IMG/VR virus record: IMGVR_UViG_3300020411_000002
Source: a virus
Lineage: Duplodnaviria; Caudoviricetes
Length of the DNA stretch: 64,000 nucleotides
Reading direction: 5' to 3' (one strand)
The notes under the pieces are model-generated. The model made no database searches, was not told where the DNA came from, and saw only the letters and a program-made list of their open reading frames with translations. Of the stretch, positions 16,968-25,314 are shown piece by piece. The position numbers were made by a program, and so were the translations under genes. Position 1 is the first letter of the stretch; each line of letters begins with the position of its first letter.

Positions 16968-19843
16968 TGCCAGCACGAACTACAAAGGCGGCTGAGACTA
17001 CAACTCGCCGTCGCCGTCGTTCTACTAGCGTAGCAGCGACCGAGACAACAGGTGTGAGCAAGCCTAAATCTGCTCGTAGTACCAAGCAGGAAGTAGTAGA
17101 AAACAATAAAGAGTTTTTTGATATCGGTCAAATGCTTGATGAACTTCAAGATGAAACTGATAAGAAATACGGACTTGTAAGCTCAGTACTTGAACGCTCT
17201 AGTGACCGAATGAGTACAGGTATTTTATCTTTGGACTTGTTGCTATATGGTGGTATTCAGCCAGGCGGTTGGTATACTATTTACGGTCCTGAGCAAAGTG
17301 CAAAGTCTACTCTTGCTATGACTATTCTTGCACAAGCGTTACATGCACGAATGACTAAAGGTTCTAAGTTTGCTTGTGGTATCTTTGACTACGAAGGTTC
17401 TGTAGATGAAGAATACACTGGTAACATTATCAAGTCATTGGGCATTAAAGGTAATGCAGCGCAAATCTTTGGTGTACGTGATGATGACGGTGGTTGGGAA
17501 ATTCCTCCTCTTGCTCGTTATTACTCACACGATGTTGGTGATGACTTCTTTAAAGCTCTAGCCAAAATTCGCCGTGGACTTCCAGACAAACAAACGATTA
17601 ACGGCGAGCCGTGTTATCTATTTGAACACACGAAAGCTAACAAGTCTAAGTTTGCTGGAATGTACGATACCAAGTACTTGTCTCGTAACAACAAGATTAA
17701 AGTACCTGCACCAGACGGCTTCATGCAAGGTTTATACTTGTGTGACTCTTATCCAGCTATGTTACCAGATGGTCTTGATGACGATGACCGTAACAGTGGT
17801 ATGGCAGAGCAAGCTCGTATGTTCAGTGAGGGTATCAAAAAAGTTAAAGGCGGTATGCGTAAGAAAGCAATGACTGTAATTGGTATTAACCAGTTGCGTC
17901 TACGTCCAGCGACTATGTTTGGTAATCCTGAATACGAACCGTGTGGTGAAGCGTTGAAGTTTTTCTGCTTCCATCCTACAACAAACCTCTTTACTAAAGA
18001 TGGTCTTGTAACAGGACAGGAGTTTTACGATTCTGGAAGCATGTCTAAGATTCTAGGATCTAAAGGACTTGAGAAACCTACTATCTTTGATAGTACGGGC
18101 TACAGTCAGATTAGTTGTCTAACTACTGAACTTGGTAACTTTATCAAAGCTAAACCTGGACATAGAACACTCTCTATTCAAAATAGAGGCTGTATGCCTG
18201 AATGGACAAAGTTGTCCAGCTTTACAGGCACTGTAGATCGTTATGTTCCTGTTAAAGTAGGTAGTGATATTTGGTCAGATACTGATGCACTATTAGATTT
18301 TGAATCTTTTTCAAAGTATGATAATGATGTTTGTATATCCAGTGTTCCTGAATCAATGTCACCTAAGTTAGCGTATGTTCTAGGCTCTTTATGCGGCGAT
18401 GGTCATGTTCCAGGTACTGGTGTTATTCATTTTGTTACTCAAGACGAAGATACAATGGACTTCTTCTTAGAATGTTTCGAGGAATCGTTTTCATTATCAG
18501 GTCTTGAGTACAGACAGGTAGATAATAAGTTTGAATTCAGCTTATCTAGTCGTAGGATTTCTAACTTCTTAGGTTACTTAGGTTCTACAGGTACTTCCCG
18601 AACTAAGTCTGTTCCTTGGGCAGTCAGAACCTCTACTAAGAAGTCATGTTTGATGTTCTTACGAGGCTTGTTTGACTCAGACGGTAATGTAGGCCCTAAA
18701 GGTATAGGTCTTTCAACAACATCTAAATTGCTTTCCGAGCAAGTACACTTAATGTTGTTGAACTTGGGATGTATTGCTAGACTGAAACGTAAAGACCATG
18801 ATTACCATGAGCATAAAGAACTGAATGCGGTTTATAACATAAGCTGTAGTGGTTCAAATGCTGTACGTTTGTATGAATCCGTAGGTTTAACTTCCGCTCG
18901 AAAAGCAGAAGCCTTTGAATCTAAAAGTACTGGCGATCATACTCATAATGAAATGTATTCTCTTGATCTAATACCTTTTGATGTTTTACCTACTGGTAGA
19001 CAGAAGTTTCAAAAGCTTGAGGGTCTTTTGGCGGAATGCAAAGGAAGAGGAGCTTATTATCGCATTAGCCGCTTTACAGAGGATTGGTTTGATGAAGCAT
19101 TTGGTTTTGTTGAGACTTTACGTACCGAGCATGAACGTGAAAAGTATCAAAACTTTCTTATTACACTAAGTAAGTTTATAGACTACACTAGCGAAAATTC
19201 TTTGTTCTGGACAAAAGTTGTTTCTGTAGACCATAACCTAGAGCGTTCGATGACCTATGATGCTAACATGCCTAAAACACATTCAATTGTGACTAACGGT
19301 ATTGTTTCTCATAACTCCGATGTTCGAATCAAGTCTACTCCACGCAGCACAGGTCCTAGCGGTTTCGTTGTTAATAAAGGAATCGTTGAAGAGCCTAGCG
19401 TTACTGGAAGAGGAAAAGACACTTACCGCTTCTTGCGTTTAAAGACTACTAAGAACAAACTTGGTGGTATGCCACAGCAAGAATGTTGGGCACGTATCTG
19501 GATATCTGATGGTACTGGTACTGCTCGGGGTCTTGACCCAGCGTTTGATACGTTTGAGTATCTTTCACTTCTTGGAATGGTTAGCGGAAACAAAAACAAT
19601 TACAAGTTTAGTGAAGATTGCCCACTTCACGGTGCTAAGAAAATCGATTGGATTACATTTAAGAAACTAGTTCTTTGTTCTCCAAAAGAAGTCAAAGCAA
19701 TTTGTGAAGAGCAAGGTATTAAACCTGTTAAGATTCGCGATTGGTGTCAAAAGCGTTGCGCTAACGGAAGTCATCCTAAGTTGTTCAAAGAAATCTTGGT
19801 GTCTGCTGCTACAGGTGGTAAGAAGTCTGACGATGATGAATAA
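16967..19843 (+). CDS. recA: RecA/UvsX recombinase interrupted by an intein
   Basis: STGILSLDLLLYGG, YGPEQSAKST Walker A, DSYPAM, INQLR, GEALKFF|SDVR, KTTKNK. Confidence 0.9.
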   Translation: MPARTTKAAETTTRRRRRSTSVAATETTGVSKPKSARSTKQEVVENNKEFFDIGQMLDELQDETDKKYGLVSSVLERSSDRMSTGILSLDLLLYGGIQPGGWYTIYGPEQSAKSTLAMTILAQALHARMTKGSKFACGIFDYEGSVDEEYTGNIIKSLGIKGNAAQIFGVRDDDGGWEIPPLARYYSHDVGDDFFKALAKIRRGLPDKQTINGEPCYLFEHTKANKSKFAGMYDTKYLSRNNKIKVPAPDGFMQGLYLCDSYPAMLPDGLDDDDRNSGMAEQARMFSEGIKKVKGGMRKKAMTVIGINQLRLRPATMFGNPEYEPCGEALKFFCFHPTTNLFTKDGLVTGQEFYDSGSMSKILGSKGLEKPTIFDSTGYSQISCLTTELGNFIKAKPGHRTLSIQNRGCMPEWTKLSSFTGTVDRYVPVKVGSDIWSDTDALLDFESFSKYDNDVCISSVPESMSPKLAYVLGSLCGDGHVPGTGVIHFVTQDEDTMDFFLECFEESFSLSGLEYRQVDNKFEFSLSSRRISNFLGYLGSTGTSRTKSVPWAVRTSTKKSCLMFLRGLFDSDGNVGPKGIGLSTTSKLLSEQVHLMLLNLGCIARLKRKDHDYHEHKELNAVYNISCSGSNAVRLYESVGLTSARKAEAFESKSTGDHTHNEMYSLDLIPFDVLPTGRQKFQKLEGLLAECKGRGAYYRISRFTEDWFDEAFGFVETLRTEHEREKYQNFLITLSKFIDYTSENSLFWTKVVSVDHNLERSMTYDANMPKTHSIVTNGIVSHNSDVRIKSTPRSTGPSGFVVNKGIVEEPSVTGRGKDTYRFLRLKTTKNKLGGMPQQECWARIWISDGTGTARGLDPAFDTFEYLSLLGMVSGNKNNYKFSEDCPLHGAKKIDWITFKKLVLCSPKEVKAICEEQGIKPVKIRDWCQKRCANGSHPKLFKEILVSAATGGKKSDDDE
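17966..19315 (+). mobile_element. 450-aa LAGLIDADG homing-endonuclease intein in RecA
   Basis: Starts CFHP after ALKFF; ends NGIVSHN before Ser; LAGLIDADG blocks LGSLCGDG and LRGLFDSDG. Confidence 0.92.
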
Positions 19844-19851
19844 TCAAAAAG

Positions 19852-19859
19852 TGTAAATA
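19852..19859 (+). promoter_or_regulatory. TGTAAATA phage promoter motif ahead of the RNA island
   Basis: AAAAAGTGTAAATAG just after the RecA stop. Confidence 0.55.
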
Positions 19860-19864
19860 GTAAG

Positions 19865-19932
19865 TATGGCAGTAGTTCAGTTTTTATTTGCTCATTGCAG
19901 TTAAAATCTTTTCTACCTGAACTACTGCCGTA
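19865..19932 (+). other. 16-bp hairpin
   Basis: TATGGCAGTAGTTCAG (19865-19880) pairs with CTGAACTACTGCCGTA (19917-19932); one G-U pair on the + strand. Confidence 0.8.
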
Positions 19933-19941
19933 TTCTACAAT

Positions 19942-20169
19942 CAACATAGCGATACTTTCTTGAAAGTCTAAGATAACGACACACGTAACCTCATCTACGT
20001 TGAGTATCAAAGACTAGAAACTAGGAACGTGCTGAGGAGCAAGATAGAGGGGCTTCCAATATGCAGACCGAAAGTGAGCGGGGATTCTCACAATGACTTA
20101 TTGAACGCAAGCGATTTGATCACGTAAGCTATTAGATAGGTTGTTTTGTTAGAAAGTATCGCTATGTTG
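19942..20169 (+). ncRNA. Candidate structured RNA closed by a perfect 19-bp stem
   Basis: CAACATAGCGATACTTTCT (19942-19960) / AGAAAGTATCGCTATGTTG (20151-20169); internal hairpins. Confidence 0.5.
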
Positions 20170-20178
20170 TTTTTCAAT

Positions 20179-20313
20179 GCAGAGAATCACGGTAACAGAT
20201 TGGCTAGTCTAAATCCGTAGGTGTAATAACTAGTGTACATCAGGAATACAGGACATGTGTTGCATGAGCTGGCGCAAAGCCTGTGTTGGTTCGATTCCAA
20301 CTCTCTGCTCCCA
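20179..20313 (+). ncRNA. 135-nt tRNA-like RNA
   Basis: Acceptor GCAGAGA/TCTCTGC, T-arm GTTGG-TTCGATT-CCAAC, 3' CCA; enlarged interior with no clear anticodon arm. Confidence 0.6.
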
Positions 20314-20329
20314 ATTAAACGAGGTATGT

Positions 20330-20866
20330 ATGAACATGAACGTTAAGGATATAATAAATAGATATAAATCCGAAATAGATTCTCTTAATGAGCTTGTTGA
20401 ATCCTTACAATCTCATAATGGTTCACTACAAGAACAGATTCATAATATGGTAACTGAGTACGGCGATGTTTGGTATGACGGTTATTGTGCTGCACAGAAA
20501 AATCAGAAAGAGCTTAATGAAAACTTTGTTTCTGAAAAACGTGAAGCAGGTGAAGACTTCGAACTTCCACCGACAATAGATGAACTTTACTCTGAACAAG
20601 AAGTCAGAGAAATGAGTGAGAACGCCGAGTCTCTTTACGAAGCTAAATCTGTCGGTCGCAAGTTCGTTATGGAATCCAGCGGTTACTACGGTGAAGTTAA
20701 ATTGCCTGCTGCGATATTCAATGAACTTAATCCTGAATTTGTTTTAAGTAGGTCTACTGATACTACCAAGTTCATGTGCGCTAATCCAGAAGAAACAAAA
20801 TACTTGCAGAGCCTGGGTGTTAAAGTAGTTGAAGTTTGTGACTGGTACAAGTTAATAAAAGAATAA
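20330..20866 (+). CDS. Hypothetical protein (start moved from 20255 to ATG after GAGGT)
   Basis: The longer ORF would overlap the tRNA-like RNA; RBS GAGGT lies upstream of 20330. Confidence 0.7.
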   Translation: MNMNVKDIINRYKSEIDSLNELVESLQSHNGSLQEQIHNMVTEYGDVWYDGYCAAQKNQKELNENFVSEKREAGEDFELPPTIDELYSEQEVREMSENAESLYEAKSVGRKFVMESSGYYGEVKLPAAIFNELNPEFVLSRSTDTTKFMCANPEETKYLQSLGVKVVEVCDWYKLIKE

Positions 20867-20870
20867 ATAA

Positions 20871-20941
20871 GGAGACAGACGGTCAGCTAGAGGATTTCAA
20901 CCCTCGATTGCTGGTGGGTTCGAGTCCCCCTGTCTTCACCA
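20871..20941 (+). tRNA. Atypical tRNA, anticodon ambiguous (TTC/TCA), short D-arm
   Basis: Acceptor GGAGACA/TGTCTTC-A-CCA; T-loop TTCGAGT; anticodon stem GAGG/CCTC around ATTTCAAC. Confidence 0.65.
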
Positions 20942-20954
20942 ATTTAAGGAAAAA

Positions 20955-21116
20955 ATGATGCAACTCTTTATTACAATGATTTCTGTTTGTGCTTTTATAG
21001 GTTTATTACTTTTACTGCATATAATCTTTGTAGTACCTGCTATCAACCGCTTCCGTATGTGGAAACACAGTCCATCAAGGAAAAAAGAAAGTCATGCAAG
21101 ACATAACAAACTATAG
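20955..21116 (+). CDS. Small membrane protein (53 aa, not in ORF track)
   Basis: AAGGA RBS; MMQLFITMISVCAFIGLLLLLHIIFVVPA hydrophobic segment, then a basic tail. Confidence 0.55.
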   Translation: MMQLFITMISVCAFIGLLLLLHIIFVVPAINRFRMWKHSPSRKKESHARHNKL

Positions 21117-21444
21117 GCATGAGATTTACATTGCTCTTATCGATTGGGGTTACTCTTTAATTCTATTTAATGAGGATGCACCTAACATAGCTACTTTCTC
21201 TGGTGATACTGTTTCGTTTCCCGATATGGAAACTATATCTTTTGATTCACTTGATACGCTGCATGACCTTGTACGTGCCCGATGTAAAGATTTCCAAAGC
21301 AGATTAAGTACTGACTACTCTGGAACTTTCCATCGTTACTGTATGTTCTCTGAACCTGAATTGGTAGGGGAGCTATGGCAAATGAAGATTGCCTTTACTG
21401 AGATCCGAATTAACAATTTCGTTAATCGCCGTGTCTCTCTATAA
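21094..21444 (+). CDS. Hypothetical protein
   Basis: 116 aa ORF. Confidence 0.6.
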   Translation: MQDITNYRHEIYIALIDWGYSLILFNEDAPNIATFSGDTVSFPDMETISFDSLDTLHDLVRARCKDFQSRLSTDYSGTFHRYCMFSEPELVGELWQMKIAFTEIRINNFVNRRVSL

Positions 21445-21624
21445 AATATAATTTAAGATTATCCGAATTCAGAGTTATGCACACGCTCTGGGTATTGTAA
21501 TAAGTGTGCAACCACAGGAGCAAAGTTATGTTGAATAACTGAATGCGTTAGAGGTCCACCTGAATATCTGTTTATTGTTTTGTTTTATTTTCCGATTTAC
21601 AACTCACTATACAGGTAATCAGTT

Positions 21625-21960
21625 ATGTCTAAATTTCTTAAAGTTAAAATCAAATCACTTGCAGAAGAACAACGAATCATTAAACGTGAAGAGCAGCGTT
21701 ATCGGGGACCCAAATGGGGCGCTAATTGGACGCGTGTTGCCTTAATGATTCATCGCTTACATACCGTACGTCCCGAGATTAGGGCTAGTCACTTGGCATA
21801 CGGTTATCTTCGAGGAAAGCCACTTCACTGTATTGAATCTAGTGCCAGCCGTTCCCAACCCGATTGGCATCGAGTGTTCGCTATGGTAAAGAAGTACGGT
21901 ACTTTCCAGCAAGTTCAAGACTTTGAGCAATGGAAACAACCTCAATCCAAAGCCGCTTAA
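21625..21960 (+). CDS. Hypothetical phage protein
   Basis: 111 aa, RBS AGGT; KIKSLAEE...HLAYGYLRG. Confidence 0.75.
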   Translation: MSKFLKVKIKSLAEEQRIIKREEQRYRGPKWGANWTRVALMIHRLHTVRPEIRASHLAYGYLRGKPLHCIESSASRSQPDWHRVFAMVKKYGTFQQVQDFEQWKQPQSKAA

Positions 21961-21970
21961 CGTGGTAATC

Positions 21971-22700
21971 GTCCCCTAGTCTGACGTAGAGACAGGGGAC
22001 TCCCTTTTCGACAGAGTGATTTCTCCATTGTTAGCAAAGTGACATTGCTGTTCATTCTGTCTTTTCAGTGAGTGTAGTGCAAAGTCACCATGCTGGGTTT
22101 CCATGCCTGTTAGCCTAACATGTTGCACTATACTCCCCTTACACTGCAAGAGCTAACTGACGAAAAAGTCTATTGAGACTGTTCTTTACTAAGAAACTAA
22201 TAAAGTCACTAGCACCCAAGCGTTCTTTAACAATTTGAATCATATTTAGGTAGTCGACCTATGTTTGTATATCGCGACAAATGCTCGGAAGGCAGGTTGC
22301 TTACGTATTGAATTACGACAAACATTCTCGGCTATCTGATAACAACTGCAACATACTCCTCACTTAGCGGCCAAAGCCATTACATCTACTGCTAAGCGTT
22401 ATGCGGTTGTTAATATTCATGTAGATGTTGCGTACTCTTTCTGACATACGAATCGGATAGATACAAAGTAGGTTTAATTCGTATGCTCGGTGGCACTCCC
22501 GTTCTACTTATATTATTTACAAGACGAGTGCTTCTTGTGAAGAACATCTATCTGGAATTTTCAAGCTTTTATACAGATAGTGAATATAGCCGCTGCCGAA
22601 AACAAGGAGCGCCTATCGATGAAAAGCCAGAGTGTGCGGCAATTGGCGGTAAGTACAGAGTATTACTTACTGCTAGCCGCATGTTCGCCAACTAATTATT
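21971..22700 (+). ncRNA. Candidate large ornate ncRNA (~730 nt)
   Basis: More than 10 stems of 6-13 bp, G-U pairs consistently on the + strand, crossing stems; no credible CDS. Confidence 0.6.
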
Positions 22701-22715
22701 TGGAGATTTTCAATT

Positions 22716-22994
22716 ATGGGTCAAGGTTTTCTAGTTCCACAAGGTACTTTTGTAAACCACAAAGCTAACTACAAGAATACTGTTAAGTTTGTGAACGTAC
22801 CAATTAACTTTTCTGCTGTTATTATGACAATGGTTAAGTCAATGAGTAACCCAATGGAGGAACACCCTCACCACAAATACTCTATTGAATTTTACACTTC
22901 ATCAAACGACCACGCGGCTTCTTGGGTTTATGATGACGAAGATGCGCGTGACGCAGATTACGATAGACTTCTATCAACAACCTTCTTTGGTTAA
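22716..22994 (+). CDS. Hypothetical protein
   Basis: 92 aa with RBS GGAG. Confidence 0.7.
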   Translation: MGQGFLVPQGTFVNHKANYKNTVKFVNVPINFSAVIMTMVKSMSNPMEEHPHHKYSIEFYTSSNDHAASWVYDDEDARDADYDRLLSTTFFG

Positions 22995-23012
22995 ACCTTT
23001 GGAGCCTCCACA

Positions 23013-23348
23013 ATGTCTAAAACAGTAACCACGACTTCTAACTTTGTTAAAGCAGAGTTCAATGCCTCTACGTTAAATAAAAGAATCACTGACGTTATCG
23101 AGCAGATAAAAGAACTTGTTGAGCTAGCAAACAAATTCACAACCTATCCAATGCCTAGTCTGAATCACGAAACGCGACCGACTAAGTATATGGAATTAGC
23201 TGAATTGCTAAACTTTGTTTTGGAAGTTCGTCGTCAAGTCCGTTTTGACATTCAAGGCTACATAGAAGAGATTAACAAAATCCAAGAAGAAGCAGACAAG
23301 AAAATTAAAGGCTACGTCAAACCAACCGTAGCTCCTATTAATTCATAA
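23013..23348 (+). CDS. Hypothetical protein
   Basis: 111 aa with RBS GGAG. Confidence 0.7.
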   Translation: MSKTVTTTSNFVKAEFNASTLNKRITDVIEQIKELVELANKFTTYPMPSLNHETRPTKYMELAELLNFVLEVRRQVRFDIQGYIEEINKIQEEADKKIKGYVKPTVAPINS

Positions 23349-23354
23349 GTTTTT

Positions 23355-23745
23355 GGGAGCTGTCAGTCCCCAAGTTCTCTACTAAGCTCTCCATACCTCG
23401 GCGCTTTACGCCAGCGCTTCCCTAGGCTTATAGAGTCTGACAGCTTCCGTTTTATTTGAGTATATCGGAATGCATACCGTATTCCGATGTGCTTACTTGT
23501 ATCCCAAGCGCATTAGTATAATGTCATGCGTTACCCTTTTTTGCGTGATCATTGTATCCTCTGAAGGTTCTGCTTGTTCGTTTCATTCTTGCAGAATCAT
23601 TTTTATGCCCGCTGTTACGGTATGTTTCAGCGGGTTTTTTTCGTTCTGGTTGATAATTTTAGAGTAGAGTCTCCCTTGGACTTTTTGCCTGTGTGAGTAC
23701 ACTCTACTCTTTATCTATCTGGCTTTGGACGCAGGCTTTTTTATT
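23355..23745 (+). ncRNA. Candidate structured RNA / hairpin array
   Basis: Stems 23355-23366/23437-23448, 23462-23471/23481-23490, 23608-23614/23628-23634, 23661-23670/23701-23710. Confidence 0.5.
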
Positions 23746-23757
23746 TAGGAAACATAT

Positions 23758-24306
23758 ATGGAACTAGGACAGAAAATAAAGTCTACTACGCTTACATGGC
23801 CTGTAGTCTATAGAATGTTTTGCTTGCTCTATGCCGAGCGTGAGTACTTTAAGAAAGAAGCATTCAATATTGAAAATAGATACCTATCTATGATGCAGTT
23901 TAAAACTGGAATGCAGTTTGAGGATACTCCTATATTAGATAGAACATGGCTAGTAATGTCTACCCGAACAAAAGATATTCTTGATTTCTTGCGTAGGTTT
24001 AAAGTAGTCAAAGCCTACAAAGTCGTAAACGTTTACGAACAGTCTAAACGAAAAGGAACGCCGCTTGCTGTTAAAGATTTGTTCAACCTACGCATATTTC
24101 CTAGTGCGATACCTGACGTACTGGAAGCCGCTTTGTCTAGACAGTTTCCACAATCTAATTGGGACTTGATGCTAGAAGAGCAGTCACGAAACAACCTAAC
24201 GTTGTCTGTTTATAGAGATAACAACCCCATTCATTTTTTCCATCTAGACCAGAGAAACCGTGCTTGGACTAGATATGCGTATATGTCGAGGACTCTAAAT
24301 GCCTAA
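23758..24306 (+). CDS. Hypothetical protein
   Basis: 182 aa with RBS AGGA. Confidence 0.7.
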   Translation: MELGQKIKSTTLTWPVVYRMFCLLYAEREYFKKEAFNIENRYLSMMQFKTGMQFEDTPILDRTWLVMSTRTKDILDFLRRFKVVKAYKVVNVYEQSKRKGTPLAVKDLFNLRIFPSAIPDVLEAALSRQFPQSNWDLMLEEQSRNNLTLSVYRDNNPIHFFHLDQRNRAWTRYAYMSRTLNA

Positions 24307-24868
24307 GTACTCAGATGTTAAAGACACAAAAATAACCGTACAGTCGATTTATTCAATATTCCTCCGTACGTTAGAAGATGCCGACACGTTCAGAAAAAAT
24401 CCAAGAGTTAGTCAATACGATACCGTAGATGGTAGAGGAAGATCGCTTGATTCTGGGCGAGCTAGATACAGACGAAAGAAAGGGTGGGCATCTGATACCG
24501 TAGAACGCTATATGTCTAAAAACGAAGCGGCGTTTCTTTTGTTGTGTGATCAAGCCGAAGAAATTTCTAAAGTAATGTATAAGTACAAACTAGAATCGGC
24601 GAAAAAAGTTTACGCATTTGCAAAAGGAAAAGCGAAGAATCCAGACCTTGCGAAACGATCTTTTCTCAAAAATAGCTTAGCTCAATGTATCAGTGAATTC
24701 TCGGCGTTTATATTGAAAGCAAAAATAGGTCGATCTTTTACCGTACAATTCCAGAATGGAAGAGCTAACATAAAAGACGATATTTCGGGCGAGTTTAAGA
24801 TATTCGATTACAGTGCAATAGAAGATGCAAAAACACTTGTGGAAGTGGTAAAACAGACCTTTACATAG
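24299..24868 (+). CDS. Hypothetical protein
   Basis: 189 aa, RBS GAGG, terminator follows. Confidence 0.7.
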   Translation: MPKYSDVKDTKITVQSIYSIFLRTLEDADTFRKNPRVSQYDTVDGRGRSLDSGRARYRRKKGWASDTVERYMSKNEAAFLLLCDQAEEISKVMYKYKLESAKKVYAFAKGKAKNPDLAKRSFLKNSLAQCISEFSAFILKAKIGRSFTVQFQNGRANIKDDISGEFKIFDYSAIEDAKTLVEVVKQTFT

Positions 24869-24882
24869 TAGAACAACGCATG

Positions 24883-24905
24883 GGGAGCTAAATAGCTCCC
24901 TTTTT
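24883..24905 (+). terminator. Rho-independent terminator
   Basis: GGGAGCTA-AA-TAGCTCCC-T run. Confidence 0.8.
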
Positions 24906-25060
24906 TGTATCTGTATTATGTGCTTTGTTGAACAAAATAACGCTATACAGAGCGATACAGAGCGCCTTACATTGATAAATACAGCGCATAAATAGCTATA
25001 CTATATATAGGCAGTAAAAATAATTCGAAAATAGCTGGAAGTGAGCCAGGTCAGTGGTTC

Positions 25061-25144
25061 TGTAAGTTACTGATTTATATAGCTTTTTCAAATGGTATCG
25101 TTTTGTCCTAACTTAATAGTGCTGTAAGTGCTTGATTTATATAG
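25061..25144. promoter_or_regulatory. Pair of IHF-like sites in a 22-nt direct repeat
   Basis: TGTAAGTTACTGATTTATATAG (25061-25082) and TGTAAGTGCTTGATTTATATAG (25123-25144). Confidence 0.5.
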
Positions 25145-25173
25145 AAAAAGTGCTGCTAATTATTTTTTATCAC

Positions 25174-25215
25174 GGACAAAATTGTAGTAGAAAACCTCAT
25201 TGGATTTGCTATACT
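25174..25215 (+). promoter_or_regulatory. GGACAAAA-N28-TATACT promoter
   Basis: GGACAAAA 25174-25181; extended -10 TGCTATACT. Confidence 0.65.
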
Positions 25216-25314
25216 ACACCCAAGTTGAGCGCAACAACAAACGCACAACGAACTGAGCAAAAACCTGTTCAGTTTTTAACTTCTATTTACTTTTGTTATT
25301 TGAGGAAATCTATC

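Noticed and set aside
16406-17149. Poly-Ser antisense ORFs (also 14290..14598, 49979..50395, 54511..54873, 55063..55401)
   Set aside because: They are reverse-frame shadows of GAA/GAT/GAC-rich acidic coding sequence and lack RBS support.
20033-20095. Hammerhead ribozyme (CTGAGGA ... CGAAA)
   Set aside because: Stem II does not pair next to GAAA, and stem III is not followed by the required UH cleavage site.
20179-20313. tmRNA
   Set aside because: No Ala G3-U70 identity pair, no GGGG 5' end, and no room for a tag reading frame.
20255-20329. N-terminal extension of the ORF annotated from 20255
   Set aside because: It overlaps the T-arm and acceptor of the tRNA-like RNA; a good RBS precedes ATG 20330.
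22483-22768. ORFs 22483..22695 and 22580..22768
   Set aside because: Short and mutually overlapping, with weak start context; both lie within dense RNA stems.
23470-23667. 65-aa ORF in the hairpin array
   Set aside because: No RBS, atypical composition, and it crosses a terminator-like hairpin.
25132-25314. Upstream extension of the histone-like ORF
   Set aside because: It starts at TTG inside an IHF-like box and spans the promoter; the real RBS is before 25315.
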